Source of the DNA: Podarcis cretensis
Lineage: Eukaryota
Reading direction: 5' to 3'
DNA length: 64,000 bases
Assembly (NCBI GenBank): GCA_951804945.1
Contig: OX638149.1
Coordinates: 70,308,001-70,372,000 of the forward strand
The notes beneath the pieces were generated by a model. It was not told the DNA's origin, searched no databases, and saw only the letters and a list, made by a program, of their open reading frames with translations. A program made the translations under genes and the position numbers. Shown piece after piece: positions 51,585-64,000 of this stretch. The first letter of the stretch is position 1; each line of letters opens with the position of its first letter.

Positions 51585-51917
51585 AGGTAAAGGTAAAGGT
51601 ACCCCTGCCCGTACGGGCCAGTCTTGACAGACTCTGGGGTTGTGCGCCCATCTCACTTAAGAGGCCAGGGGCCAGCGCTGTCCGGAGACACTTCCGGGTC
51701 ACGTGGCCAGCGTGACATCGCTGCTCTGGCGAGCCAGAGCCGCACACGGAAACGCCGTTTACCTTCTCGCTGGTAAGCGGTCCCTATTTATCTACTTGCA
51801 CCCGGAGGTGCTTTCGAACTGCTAGGTTGGCAGGCGCTGGGACCGAGCAGCGGGAGCGCACCCCGCCGCAGGGATTCGAACCGCCAACCTTTCGATCGGC
51901 AAGCCCTAGGCGCTGAG
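51585..51917 (-). mobile_element. Sauria SINE (young, 5'-truncated by ~30 nt)
   Basis: Near-identical to the 15636 copy but lacks the A-box end. No TSD seen. Confidence 0.9.
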
Positions 51918-51989
51918 ATGTACAATTAATATATGGCTGGGTTGCCTTCCTAAACAAAACATCTTCAGTGGGAGGGGGCTAAAGGTCCT

Positions 51990-52230
51990 GCCTTTCTAAT
52001 TGCAGCTGGTAAATGAGTCCAGAGCGCTGGAGCTGCCAAGTGCCCAGTTTCTAGTACAAGCTAAAGAACACCTCTGGGGCATGTGGCACTCACAACAGGG
52101 CCTCATCCGAGGAGTGCAGCTGCTGGGCAGAGATATAGGAATGGCACAGTCTCTTAGGTAACCTGGTCCCAAGTTCTTTAAGGCTTTAAATGAGAAAAGC
52201 AAAACCTTGATCTGTGCCCAATGGCATACA
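51990..52230 (-). mobile_element. Very old L2 fragment
   Basis: Minus frame FKALKNLGPGYLRD. Confidence 0.55.
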
Positions 52231-53155
52231 AATGTACATGCAGAAGCTCCCTGGAAATCTAATGGGTGCTACTCACCTATCACTAAGCATCTTCATGGAA
52301 CACATTTTGTATGTCTGAACAGTAGAGTACACAGCTGTGCAGCATAATAGGCTCATAGCTTTTCACACAAAAGGCACGCAACAGGAGATTGACAAAGGGT
52401 ATTCTAAGCTGTGACCCTCCAGATGTTGCTGGACTACACAACCCATCATCCCTTGCCACTGGTCTCCATTACTGAGGCAAGACAATGGTCCAGCGCATCC
52501 ACTGCCACATCTGCAGATGTAAAGGAGTAGAGTTGTGTGTCATCAGCATATTGCTAAGAATGGCCTCCAAAACTCCAGATGACATACAGGTGGTGACACT
52601 CCTATTGGATATCGGCCCTGTAGGAGCATCCTACAAATAGCATTCTTAGGGAGGAGGGAAGAATAGAAGGTGGATCAGTGTGTAGCACTGTTTGCCTCAG
52701 GCAGCAAAGTGTCTTGAGCTGGCTCTGAATTGCCCCTTGCAAAAGATCCCTATGGGACCATTAAAGCAGCTCTAGATCTACTGTGCAAGCACAACACTAT
52801 TCTCAGGTTTTACTGTAAGGAAGGAGCATTTTATGGGTTCGTGGGAGCCAGCAAGACCGTGAAAGTTTCATTTTATGGCATTATTACACCAGCTCAGTTT
52901 GAAGTGCCTCCCAGTGTCTGCTCCCCCAATAACAGGAGTTACAAGCTTAGAGCATGATGCACTTCATAGAAGAAGTACCTACTATTTTGTGGGGGTTTGG
53001 TGCTGATGTAGCATGTTCTGTGCAACAATTGATGTCTCCTCCCTTCCCACCACTTTCTGTGCTGGTATTTTTAATATGATTGGGCTAACAACAAAATTCA
53101 GTTGACATTTTGCTTACTGGTGTTTGGTACACACCCGACTGCTGGCATTTCAATA

Positions 53156-53397
53156 CAGTGGTACCTCGAGTTACAGACGCTTCAGGTTACAGACGCTTCA
53201 GGTTACAGACTCCGCTAACCCAGAAATAGTACCTCAGGTTAAGAACTTTGCTTCAGGATGAGAACAGAAATTGTGCTCCAGCGGCGCGGCGGCAGCGGGA
53301 GGCCCCAATAGTTAAAGTGGCACCTCAGGTTAAGAACAGTTTCAGGTTAAGAACAGACCTCCAGAATGAATTCAGTTCTTAACTCAAGGTACCACTG
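53156..53397. mobile_element. pogo/Tigger-like MITE
   Basis: TIRs CAGTGGTACCTCGAGTTA / TAACTCAAGGTACCACTG, TA TSD on both sides, and internal tandem GTTACAGACGCTTCAG. Confidence 0.88.
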
Positions 53398-56300
53398 TAT
53401 GCCAATCACCTGCAAAAGCAGTCAGAAAGCTGACACCTGGAAACACATTTAGCCAGAGTGGCACAAACTCCTATTTATGCTGAAGAAAGCAGTTCCAACT
53501 GCAAGACTTCTTACTGTGCTATTGTAATACTGTGAGAACTCAAAAGAACTATAGCTTTTTAAATAAGAGATTTAAAAACAGATGTTTTCTTTACATTGTA
53601 AGAGACAAATGAGAAACTTTCTAATAATAAACAACCAAAAGGCATAAACTGCACATACATGGCGATGTTTTGTTGCTGTTGTTAGATACTTAGAATAATG
53701 CAGGTCTGAGCAAAGGGTGACATCCAGTGGACTGTCTCTTATCTTTCCTCTCTTTGATGTTTTAAGCCTTCAGTCAGAGGCTTAATCATCCAACCCCAAC
53801 CCCTATAAATTGTGTATACACAGAAGCATCAAAATTTAAAAGGTCGATACTCTCCTCACCTCCCCAATTCAGGTAACAGAATTCCTAACTAGAGTTTATT
53901 TTCAAACAATTGGAGCTGGCTTTCACAGGGTGCTATTTGGACAGGTGTTTATTATGGAATCAGTGTTCTTCATACATAGGGGTTTTCTGCATTATCCACA
54001 TGACACTGTTGGCATTAAAATGCCAACCTTCCCCCCCCCCCTTTTGAAGCAGATTTAATCTTTACATGCAAAATCCAGCGTGTTGGTTTTTTTAACCCAC
54101 AACCAGTGCTTTTTTTCTAGATAAAAACGGTGTTGGTACTCACCAAGAAGTAGTTACAATAAGAGCTTGTTTTGGCACTGGCCATGGCACCAACCTCTCC
54201 AGCTGCCTTGATTGGTGGTCCCTTCCAATTTCGCTTTTACTCAAAGCCAAAAAACAGCCTCCCTCCTGCCCTTCCTTGTATTACTTGGGGCTCTTGCTGC
54301 ATGGGGTCTGGAATTGGGAGCGGATTCCCAGTTCTTTCCTGGTATAATTTGGCACTTTTTGAATTTGGTGCCTTTTTCTGTCACCAGTCTGATTTTCTAC
54401 ATCTTCCTGGTTTGGAGTGTAATGCTGAAGTGTCTAACAGAATGAACAGGGCATAGTTTTCCCACTCAGCATCCAACCATCAGTCAGTGTCATTGATTAT
54501 AAATGGGAAACAGCATATACAGTGCTATTCCTTGGGCAGCCCTGGGAACCATTTACTGAAGAGGACCTCAGCATGAATCCACAAATGGTGACCAACTCTT
54601 CCTTCTGGACATTGAGAACAAAGATTTGCCAAGTTTTCAGCAAACTGCAGGGAATTTGGAAGGAAGTGATTGTGAACTTGATGCTCAGCCTTTTCAGAAG
54701 GCAGAGGCAGCCAGGAAAATTCTCACAGTTCCCCAAATACAGTGAACAGACTACTTTCCTTCCCCTGAGTTCTAATCAAATGCCAGACAACTGAACGATT
54801 GGGAGATTCAGTAGTGGCCAAAAATAATGGCTATTTGTGTAATAATCTGAGCCAAAATTTGTGGACAATACTTCCTCAGGAAAGGAAGATGGTCAGCTGT
54901 CCACCTGTTGATTTACAGAACTGATGATAATGAGAACCATTAATAAAGTCTGGAGATGTACAGTAAGTAGCTTCCCCATTTATCCCAGCCAAGATACCTG
55001 TTGCTCACAAGAGGAGAAATTTCCTTGGAGAGTTTTGAGATTAGGGGATAAGTGAAGGATTAAAAAGAAAGTTGGCAAGATTCCCAGAGAATCTTATTGG
55101 CAAACATCATGTAGTAAAAGGTACAAGAGGATGAATTTAACACAAACATTAAAAAGCATGAAAATTGAAATTGAAATTGAAAATTATTGTTTTGGAGGAA
55201 AAAAATGCAGTTTTGAAATGCACTTGTTTTGTTTGGTGGAAAGAGCAATGGGATAGCAGAAATAATAGATCATATTGGAAAATATTTCAGAGATGGATGC
55301 ATGGGGGGGAATATGTACAGGAATTAATAATGCTAATGGATTCTTCTAATGTTGTAAAAAAAATATCAAAATGCTGAAATGCATTTTTATCACTCAATTT
55401 TGTTACAATACACTGGGACACAAAACTGAAGAGTAACAAGCCCCAAACATAACTGTTTGGATCCTAAATTGATTCTTCATTCCTGTGTGGAGAGAGGCCA
55501 TTCCTGGATTATCTCGGTTTTGTGCAAGATTATCTCATACCACCCAACATTTTTCCAACACAAAACCAGGACACGCATCTTCTGGAACACGATCCTGGGT
55601 GAGTCCTGTGGCCCATGCCGCGCTCTTGCCCCCTCCTAATGCGCTTTTTTGGGGCGAGAGCACAACATCAGAGTGTCACACCCAAAAAGGCCACCAAGAT
55701 CTTGTGTAAAAACAAACAGGATGTCCTGTTTTTTTCTGGGACACTTGGAAGGTATTTTATCTCATTCTTACCATTTCAATACCACATTTCTTTTAAAAAG
55801 TAATTTAAAATGTTTTTATCACCTTTCTAATCAAGGTGATTAACAATAAATTAAGGCATAAAAACTTTTAGAACAACAAAATCAAACAAATCTAATCAGC
55901 AACAGGGAACTGTATGTTCTTCGGATATTTTGAAATGAGTTAGAGAATGTACTGTAAGATCAGACTCAGCCATGGATGACCACAGCAAGCAATATAATCT
56001 AAATGTTAATACAGTAGTGATGATAAAGCCAAGCCTTTTAATACTCCATTATTTCAGAGGAGAGAATATGTTTAAGTCTGTCCCATTGAACTCATGGAAT
56101 CTAAGAAACAAAACCTTGGCTGCATTGTGCCCATATTGAAGCTCACCGGCATAGGAAGAGTGTGGCCTGTGAAAAACAGCTGCTTTGAACATCCCTCTAT
56201 TTTCTAGTATTCTATGCTAGAAATTTGTATTCTACAAAAATCTGCATTCTTGTTTATACAGCAGTAAGACTACCAAATCCATGGTTCAGTGCAACTGCAA

Positions 56301-57346
56301 GCAAAATGTGCACATCTGAATCACGTCATTGACATTATTGATGGAATGACAATGAAAATGGAACTGACAAAAATTTAATAGGCTGACAGATTTTCCATGG
56401 AAATCCTCTTGGCAAACATGATTCCTAGAAAAGAGAGATATATTTTTAAAGGTTTAAAAATAAAATAAGAGAAGAAAGCTGTCAGAGAAGTAAAGAAGCA
56501 AGATGCCTGACTCACTTAGAAAAAGAAGGGAATTGTGCAGGTCTCAAACAGTCTCTCAGGAAATGCAAAACAGATTCATTCTTTTCCACCATGCATTCAG
56601 TAGTATAATTAAACACAGGGTGAAAAACAAGGTAAAATCATCATTGGTACTAAGGAAAACTCATTAGCAACCAAAAAGGGGCAGCAGTCAGACAACAGCA
56701 TTATTACTAAACGGGGACAAAACATCCATTCAATTCTCTGAAAAGTATAGCCCTACTACTAGAACACTTCCCTTCAAATAATAACAATGAGTGGATGCTG
56801 CTAAAAGGCAAATTTCACCAGAAAGGCCTAGTGAAAAAATAACAATGCCAGTCAAGTAAGCATTCCCCCCTGGAGCATTTTGAAGAACAGAGAGTGAGTC
56901 ACATTTTTAATCCTACTCTGAAGAAAACAAAGAAACCTAACAGGCATTTTGCAATTCGCGGGTGAAGTAGGGAAAATCATGTCTTGTTCTCTATGACTGC
57001 AACATTTTTTTTATAAAAAAAAAAGTCTTTGTACCGAAAGGCTGGCAAATGAAGGTCAGATTCTTATATAACATTCTCCCGCCATTAAAAAAAGTATGTT
57101 GCGGGGGGGGGGGCAGATGAAAATACTGGGTGTGAGATGGGGTGTGGGGCTAGTAATGATTTTACCACAATAAATCCAAATTAATTTTGGATTTGGGCAT
57201 AATTCTTTTTTTCAAAGGACTTTGCTATGGAGGAAAAACATTAGATCAACCCTAAATTATTTTATTTAGAGTTAGGATGCTGTGCAACAGATTTCTTCTT
57301 AAAACCACTTGTAGGTTGTTAGGCTGAGAGAGTAAGCATGATGGTG

Positions 57347-59254
57347 CATCTGCAGAAAACAGCAGCAGGAGACTCTTTCAGGTGGTTCACAATTTAGCGG
57401 AACCACCTGTAACATCGGGGCCCAGTACGGGCCATATGTTCTCCTGCAATGATTTTGCAAATTTTTTTGCAGATAAAATCGCTCAGATTCGGGAAGAAGT
57501 AGACTCCACTGTGGGAGCAGGGCCGGGGCGGGAGAGTGCTAGAGTCCTGTCTGGTCAAGTTGTGTGGGATCAATTCCAATCTGTTACCTCCGAGGATGTG
57601 GACAGGCTGCTTGGACGAATGAAGCCAACCACCTGTCTCCTGGATCCTTGCCCATCCTGGCTTATAAAAGCTAGCCGGGAAGGACTGGGCGATGGGCTTC
57701 GTGGGGTGGTGAATGCTTCCCTCCGTGAGGGAGCCTTCCCAGACCCGCTGAAAGAGGCGGTTATTAAACCGCTTCTTAAAAAACCATCTTTAGATGTGGC
57801 CACGATGGCCAATTATCGCCCAGTCGCAAACCTTCCATTCTTGGGCAAGGTGATTGAGCGAGTGGTTGCTGAACAACTTCAGGCACGCCTGGAAGAAGCG
57901 GACCATTTGGATCCCTTCCAGGCGGGATTCAGGCCTCATCATGGGACTGAAACTGCCTTGGTCGCACTGGTTGATGATCTCCGGCAGGCTAAGGACAAAG
58001 GTGAGAGCCGTTTCCTAGTTCTGCTGGATCTCTCAGCGGCGTTTGATACCATCGACCATAACATCCTTCTGGACCGTCTTGAGGGGCTGGGAGCTGGGGG
58101 CACTGTCATACAGTGGTTCCGCTCCTTTCTCCTGGGCCGTGTTCAGAAAGTGGTGGGGGGGGGTGAGTGTTCAGACCCCTGGGCTCTCACTTGTGGGGTG
58201 CCTCAGGGTTCTGTCCTCTCCCCTATGCTTTTCAACATCTATATGCAGCCGCTGGGAGTGATCATCAGGGGGTTTGGGCTGGGTGTTCATCAGTATGCGG
58301 ATGATACCCAGCTCTACCTCTCTTTTAAATCAGAACCAGTGAAGGCGGTGAAGGTCCTGTGTGAGTGCCTGGAGGCGGTTGGAGGTTGGATGGCGGCTAA
58401 CAGATTGAGGTTGAATCCTGACAAGACAGAAGTACTGTTTTGGGGGGACAGGAGGCGGGCAGGTGTGGAGGATTCCCTGGTCCTGAATGGGGTAACTGTG
58501 CCCCTGAAGGACCAGGTGCGCAGCCTGGGAGTCATTTTGGACTCACAGCTGTCCATGGAGGCACAGGTCAAATCTGTATCCAGGGCAGCTGTTTACCAGC
58601 TCCATCTGGTACGTAGGCTGAGACCCTATCTGCCTGCAGACTGTCTCGCCAGAGTGGTACATGCTCTGGTTATCTCCCGCTTGGACTACTGCAATGCGCT
58701 CTACGTGGGGCTACCTTTGAAGGTGACCCGGAAACTACAACTAATCCAGAATGCGGCAGCTAGACTGGTGACTGGGAGCGGCCGCCGAGACCATATAACA
58801 CCGGTCTTGAAAGACCTACATTGGCTCCCAGTACGTTTCCGAGCACAATTCAAAGTGTTGGTGCTGACCTTTAAAGCCCTAAATGGCCTCGGTCCAGTAT
58901 ACCTGAAGGAGTGTCTCCTCCCCCATCGTCCTGCCCGGACACTGAGGTCCAGCTCCGAGGGCCTTCTGGCGGTTCCCTCACTGCGAGAGGTCAAGTTACA
59001 GGGAACCAGGCAGAGGGCCTTCTCGGTAGTGGCGCCCACCCTGTGGAATGCCCTCCCATCAGATGTCAAAGCAATAAACAACTACCTGACATTCAGAAGA
59101 CATCTGAAGGCAGCCCTGTTCAGGGAAGTTTTTAATATGTGACATTTTAGTGTATTTTTCATCCTTGTTGGAAGCCGCCCAGAGTGGCTGGGGAAACCCA
59201 GCCAGATGGGCGGGGTACAAATAATAAATTATTATTATTATTATTATTATTAAT
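57347..59254 (+). mobile_element. Young 5'-truncated L2 LINE
   Basis: Open RT frame, (TTA)n tail, and 19-bp TSD GAGAGTAAGCATGATGGTG (57328-57346 / 59255-59273). Confidence 0.93.
57382..59142 (+). CDS. L2 ORF2 reverse transcriptase, open but lacking the N-terminal endonuclease
   Basis: NYRPVANL, QAGFR, LLDLSAAFDTIDH, GVPQGSVLSP, QYADD, and the L2-typical DHITPVLKDLHWLP. Confidence 0.88.
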   Translation: MVHNLAEPPVTSGPSTGHMFSCNDFANFFADKIAQIREEVDSTVGAGPGRESARVLSGQVVWDQFQSVTSEDVDRLLGRMKPTTCLLDPCPSWLIKASREGLGDGLRGVVNASLREGAFPDPLKEAVIKPLLKKPSLDVATMANYRPVANLPFLGKVIERVVAEQLQARLEEADHLDPFQAGFRPHHGTETALVALVDDLRQAKDKGESRFLVLLDLSAAFDTIDHNILLDRLEGLGAGGTVIQWFRSFLLGRVQKVVGGGECSDPWALTCGVPQGSVLSPMLFNIYMQPLGVIIRGFGLGVHQYADDTQLYLSFKSEPVKAVKVLCECLEAVGGWMAANRLRLNPDKTEVLFWGDRRRAGVEDSLVLNGVTVPLKDQVRSLGVILDSQLSMEAQVKSVSRAAVYQLHLVRRLRPYLPADCLARVVHALVISRLDYCNALYVGLPLKVTRKLQLIQNAAARLVTGSGRRDHITPVLKDLHWLPVRFRAQFKVLVLTFKALNGLGPVYLKECLLPHRPARTLRSSSEGLLAVPSLREVKLQGTRQRAFSVVAPTLWNALPSDVKAINNYLTFRRHLKAALFREVFNM

Positions 59255-59984
59255 GAGAGTAAGCATGATGGTGAATATAATGAGCAGCAAAACAGAAAGG
59301 CAATAGCATAATGAATCATGCTAATTTCATGTACTCCTTCAGAAACTTGGGTGGAATTGAGCCTGAGCTCAGAGAAGGGCTTTTGATTCAGGAACACCAC
59401 CACAAACAGAAGAGGGTGAGAGACCATTTTTGCCAATTCACTCCTCTGCCTATGGCCCCACGTACCACCTTCCACCCTGTTCTGGAGCCCCCCTCCACCC
59501 CCACCCCCGTGGCAACCCTCATGAGCCAACTTTGGGGGGAACAATGCTGGGGGCTGAAGAGGAATAGGGAAATGGGAGGAAATGGCCATGCCTCTTCTTC
59601 TGCTAGACAAGGCATCCCCTAGATTAAAAGCCCCAACTGCATTCCAAGCTAAGCTAATTTGTTTGAAGGAGCATCAAGAATCATGTGATGGCCTCAGAGA
59701 ACCCAAAAACATCCCTTTGAGAGTGAGAGTGTCTTCTCTAGACCCAAGTACCAAAAACCCCTCACGTACCCGAAGCCAAGTGGCCAGGAGGAGGTACAAT
59801 TCAGCTAGACCTCTCCATGTACATCTTTGGCTGTGAGACACCAGGAGCAGCTCAGAGCCAGGTTGGGGCTACCCAGACATTGGAATGAGGCTGGCAGAGT
59901 TTGGATCTCCACCATCCCATATCAAGTGTTATTATCCCTGCGTTTAGGGTGGCAGTTGGACAGTGAGTGACGGTCACCAGCTCA

Positions 59985-60246
59985 GTTGGCTTTAAAAGAG
60001 TAAACAAATTCATGGAGGATAAGACTACCTTTGACTACAAGCCATGATGCCTATGTTGAACTGCCATGGTTGGAGGTAGTACACCTCTATATGCTAGTTG
60101 CCAAGACTCACATGTTGGAAGAGTGCTGTTGCTCGCATGTTCTGATTGTGGGTTTCCCATAGGAATTTGGTTGGCCCCTGTGGAAACTGGCTATTGGGCT
60201 AGATGGGACTTTGGTGCAACACGGGAGTGCTGTTCTTATGTTCTTA
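59985..60246 (+). mobile_element. CR1-type 3' end fragment
   Basis: GGCTTTAAAAGAG...ACAAATTCATGGAGGATAAG...GGGCTAGATGGG...TTCTTATGTTCTTA. Confidence 0.65.
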
Positions 60247-61373
60247 ACAAGAAATTATTACGCTGCTCGTCTTTTAAATTGTTGAAGTTGCAACCCACAT
60301 GAAACCCAAGTTCATCTGTCTTTTTACTGATTCCATGTGCAATTAGGTTTTCCAAATACACCTGGTTATTTGTTTTTCTATGTGAAGAAGTCTATGATAG
60401 TCTGAATCAATTATTTCCTCCCCTTTGACCCTCCCTCGAACAATCTGGAGGTAGTGACTTCATAATTTATGACACCGTGCAAGTGGCTATGATGTCAAAA
60501 ATACCTCACTGCTGAGTGGATCTGAAAGAAAGGATAGACTGAGGAGAAAAGATAAATCCCGGCTGTGTGGTTGGCAAGAACAATCAGAGTGAAACATAAC
60601 TGGGCGGTAAGCTAACCTAACACCCTTAAATCTGAATGGAAGTTTCTCCCTGTTTTCTGTTTCTCCATCACGATGCTTAATAATTATGTGCTACATGATC
60701 AAACTAATAGCTTTCTAGTCATCTAATTATTTTGATAATGACAGCTACATAATATAGGGTTGGATCCAGGGCAGCTTCCTCCATTAGAAAGAGAGAGAGC
60801 TCTGGGAGCTAACAGAGATATATTCTCCGCTATTTGATTTTCTATTTCTAACACTCATCCGGTAGGTATATCAAGATGCACTTGAGCTAATTAGGAAAAA
60901 TGCAAATTGGGGAAAAAAGTCATATGCAGTTTCCAGACATATGCAGGAAGAATCTGAATTAGAAATATCACAAAACAACTGACAGATCTTTGGACTTTTT
61001 GTGCAGTTAGCAGATTGAAATGAAGTTTCAAATTACCATGTAAAACTGTATCAGGGCCAGCATGATCAAGTCTTTATTATTTATTATTTTTTGGCAGTTC
61101 TCTCCCTCCCCCCCCCTCGCCCTACTTGCCCTACCAAGGACAATGAAAAGTACAGTCTTCTTTTTAATGCTGCCAACTGTGTTCTTTCCCCATCTTTGTC
61201 ATTCCATCTTTAAAACGTACTTGGTAATTACGGTATTTACAGAGCCCCATGGAGATACGCAGCTGTGCAACTCCCATACAGATACGAGATTTCCTGTATT
61301 ATCCTATACTGCATTGAGGCATAGCCCTTTGCACAGTGTGCAATAACTTCTTGTTGCACCAAAGTCCAGAATA

Positions 61374-63578
61374 AAAAGGTAAAGGACACCTGACAGTTAA
61401 GTCCAATTGTGAACGACTCTGGAGTTGCGGCGCTCATCTTGCCGAGGGAGCAGACAGTTTTTCCAGGTCATGTGGCCAGCATGACTAAGCCGCTTCTGGC
61501 AAACCAGAGCAGCGCACGGAAACACCATTTACCTTCCCGTACCTATTTATCTGTGGTTTTCCATGGATCTGAGGGCAATGAAACAATTGTTGAGACGGCT
61601 AGAGCGCCGGTGGTGGATAACTCATTCCGAATCTGACCGGACACAGGTTAGAGCTCAATGTTGAGCCTACCAAGTGGCGATAGCGGCGGCGAAGAAGACT
61701 TTCTTCACCGCGTCTATTGCATCTGCAGAAAACAGCAGCAGGAGACTTTTTCAGGTGGTTCGCAATCTAGCGGAACCACCTGCTACATTGGGGCCCAATA
61801 CGGGCCACATGATCTCCTGCAATGATTTTGCAAAGTTTTTTGCAGATAAAGTCACTCAGATTCGGGAAGAAGTAGACTCCACCGTGGGAGCAGGGCCAGG
61901 GCGGGAGAGTGCCAGAGTCCTGTCTAGTCAAATTGCGTGGGATCAGTTCCAGTCTGTTACCTCCGAGGATGTGGACAGGCTGTTTGGACGAATGAAACCA
62001 ACCACCTGTCTCCTTGATCCTTGCCCATCCTGGCTAGCCGGGAAGGGCTGGGCTTCGTGGAGTGGTGAATGCTTCCCTCCGTGAGGGAGCCTTCCCAGAC
62101 CCACTGAAAGAGGCGGTTATTAAACCGCTTTTTAAAAAACCATCTTTAGATGCGGCCACGATGGCCAACTATCGCCCAGTCTCAAATCTTCCATTCTTGG
62201 GCAAGGTGATTGAGCGAGTGGTTGCTGAACAACTCCAGGCATGCCTGGAAGAAGCGGACCATTTGGATCCCTTCCAGGCGGGATTCAGGCCTCATCATGG
62301 GACTGAAACTGCCTTGGTCGCACTGGTTGATGATCTCCGGCAGGCTAGGGACAAAGGTGAGAGCTGTTTCCTAGTTCTGCTGGATCTCTCAGCGGCGTTT
62401 GATACCATCGACCATAACATCCTTCTGGACCGTCTTGAGGGGCTGGGAGCTGGGGGCACTGTCATACAGTGGTTCCGCTCCTTTCTCCTGGGCCGTGTTC
62501 AGAAAGTGGTGGTGGGGGATGAGTGTTCAGACCCCTGGGCTCTCACTTGTGGGGTGCCTCAGGGTTCTGTCCTCTCCCCTATGCTTTTCAACATCTATAT
62601 GCAGCTGCTGGGAGAGATCATCAGGGGGTTTGGGCTGGGTGTTCATCAGTATGCGGATGATACCCAGCTCTACCTCTCTTTTAAATCAGAACCAGTGAAG
62701 GCGGTGAAGGTCCTGTGTGAGTGCCTGGAGGCGGTTGGAGGTTGGATGGCGGCTAACAGATTGAGGTTGAATCCTGACAAGACAGAAGTACTGTTTTGGG
62801 GGGACAGGAGGCGGGCAGGTGTGGAGGATTCCCTGGTCCTGAATGGGGTAACTGTGCCCCTGAAGGACCAGGTGCGCAGCCTGGGAGTCATTTTGGACTC
62901 GCAGCTGTCCATGGAGGCACAGGTTAAATCTGTGTCCAGGGCAGCTGTTTACCAGCTCCATCTGGTACGCAGGCTGAGACCCTATCTGCCTGCGGACTGT
63001 CTTGCCAGAGTGGTGCATGCTCTGGTTATCTCCCGCTTGGACTACTGCACTCTACGTGGGGCTACCTTTGAAGGTGACCCGGAAACTACAACTAATCCAG
63101 AACGCGGGAGCTAGACTGGTGGCTGGGAGCGGCCGCCGAGACCACATAACACCGGTCTTAAAAGACCTACATTGGCTCCCAGTACGTTTCCGAGCACAAT
63201 TCAAAGTGTTGGTGCTGACCTTTAAAGCCCTAAATGGCCTCGGCCCAGTATACCTAAAGGAGCGTCTCCACCCCCATCGTTCTGCCCAGACACTGGGATC
63301 CAGCGCCGAGTGCCTTCTGGCAGTTCCCTCACTGCGAGAAGCCAAGTTACAGGGAACCAGGCAGAGGGCCTTCTCGGTAGTGGCGCCCTCCCTGTGGAAC
63401 GCCCTCCCACCAGATGTCAAAGAGAACAACAACTATCAGACTTTTAGAAGACATCTGAAGGTAGCCCTATTTAGGGAAGCTTTTAATGTTTGATGTATTA
63501 GAGGATTTAAATATTTTTTTGGAAGCAGCTCAGAGTGGCTGGGAAAGCCCAGCCAGATGGGCGGGGTACAAATAATAA

Positions 63579-63631
<53 letters not shown>

Positions 63632-63790
63632 CATTATCTACTTGCACTCTGACGTGCTTTTGAACTGCTAGGTTGGCAGGAGCTGGGACCAAGCAATGGG
63701 AGCACACCCCGTCGCGGGGATTCAAACCGCTGTCCTTCCGATCGGCAAGCCCTAGGCTCAGTGGTTTAGACCACAGCGTCACCCACATCC
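61374..63790 (-). mobile_element. Sauria SINE (older) split by an L2 insertion; pieces 61374-61552 and 63634-63790
   Basis: The halves join at CCTATTTATCT|ACTTGCAC. Outer 12-bp TSD AAGTCCAGAATA (61362-61373 / 63791-63802). Confidence 0.88.
61553..63633 (+). mobile_element. Young 5'-truncated L2 LINE with small deletions (frameshifts near 62035-62050 and 63048)
   Basis: Highly similar to 57347-59254 with the same RT motifs. Long (TTA)n tail and TSD TTATCT (61547-61552 / 63634-63639). Confidence 0.93.
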
Positions 63791-64000
63791 AAGTCCAGAA
63801 TACAGGAGGGTTAATTTACAAAATCCAATTACCAATACAGCACTTGCTTGATCAACTTTTGGAATGCAAAATGGAACCTCAACTAGGAGATAAGAAACTG
63901 CTTTTAGTATCTTTCATGTGCCTTTTCCTAAAAAGGCATATATAAAGCCACTGCCTTGCCTTTGTTTTTTCTCTCCTTTTGATGGGTTGATTGAAATACC

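Noticed and set aside
53156-53360. Short spaced repeats (CAGGTTAAGAAC) resembling an array
   Set aside because: Subterminal repeats inside a TIR-bounded MITE, with irregular spacing. Not CRISPR.
58701-59610. Minus-strand ORFs of 126-183 aa (also 63052-63432)
   Set aside because: Antisense shadows of the GC-rich L2 ORF2. One runs through the (TTA)n tail as poly-Ile.

Overview
Eukaryotic DNA from a squamate reptile, probably a lacertid lizard (Sauria and Squam3 SINEs, young L2 LINEs). No recognisable host protein-coding gene, so this is likely a large intron or intergenic region. The main feature is a nested retroelement at about 1.3-10.2 kb. The outer element is a decayed, 5'-truncated Ngaro-type tyrosine-recombinase retrotransposon (gag tail, RT/RNase H, YR, SGNH hydrolase). 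A very young Ty1/Copia element has inserted into its hydrolase gene (4405-9443, GTATC TSD, 325-bp LTRs differing at 1 nt, half-tRNAiMet PBS, one stop in gag). The rest of the window holds five Sauria SINEs, two young 5'-truncated L2 copies and older fragments, and hAT, pogo and Harbinger-type MITEs. It also holds an inverted Penelope remnant carrying a minimal hammerhead ribozyme core, a probable solo Ngaro terminal repeat, and an unexplained nested inverted-repeat structure at about 22.7-23.2 kb. The most interesting observations are an apparently splice-expressed SGNH hydrolase in frame with the YR, a 40-nt complementarity between the two ends of the Ngaro element, and the hammerhead. All alignments were done by eye and no database searches were run.
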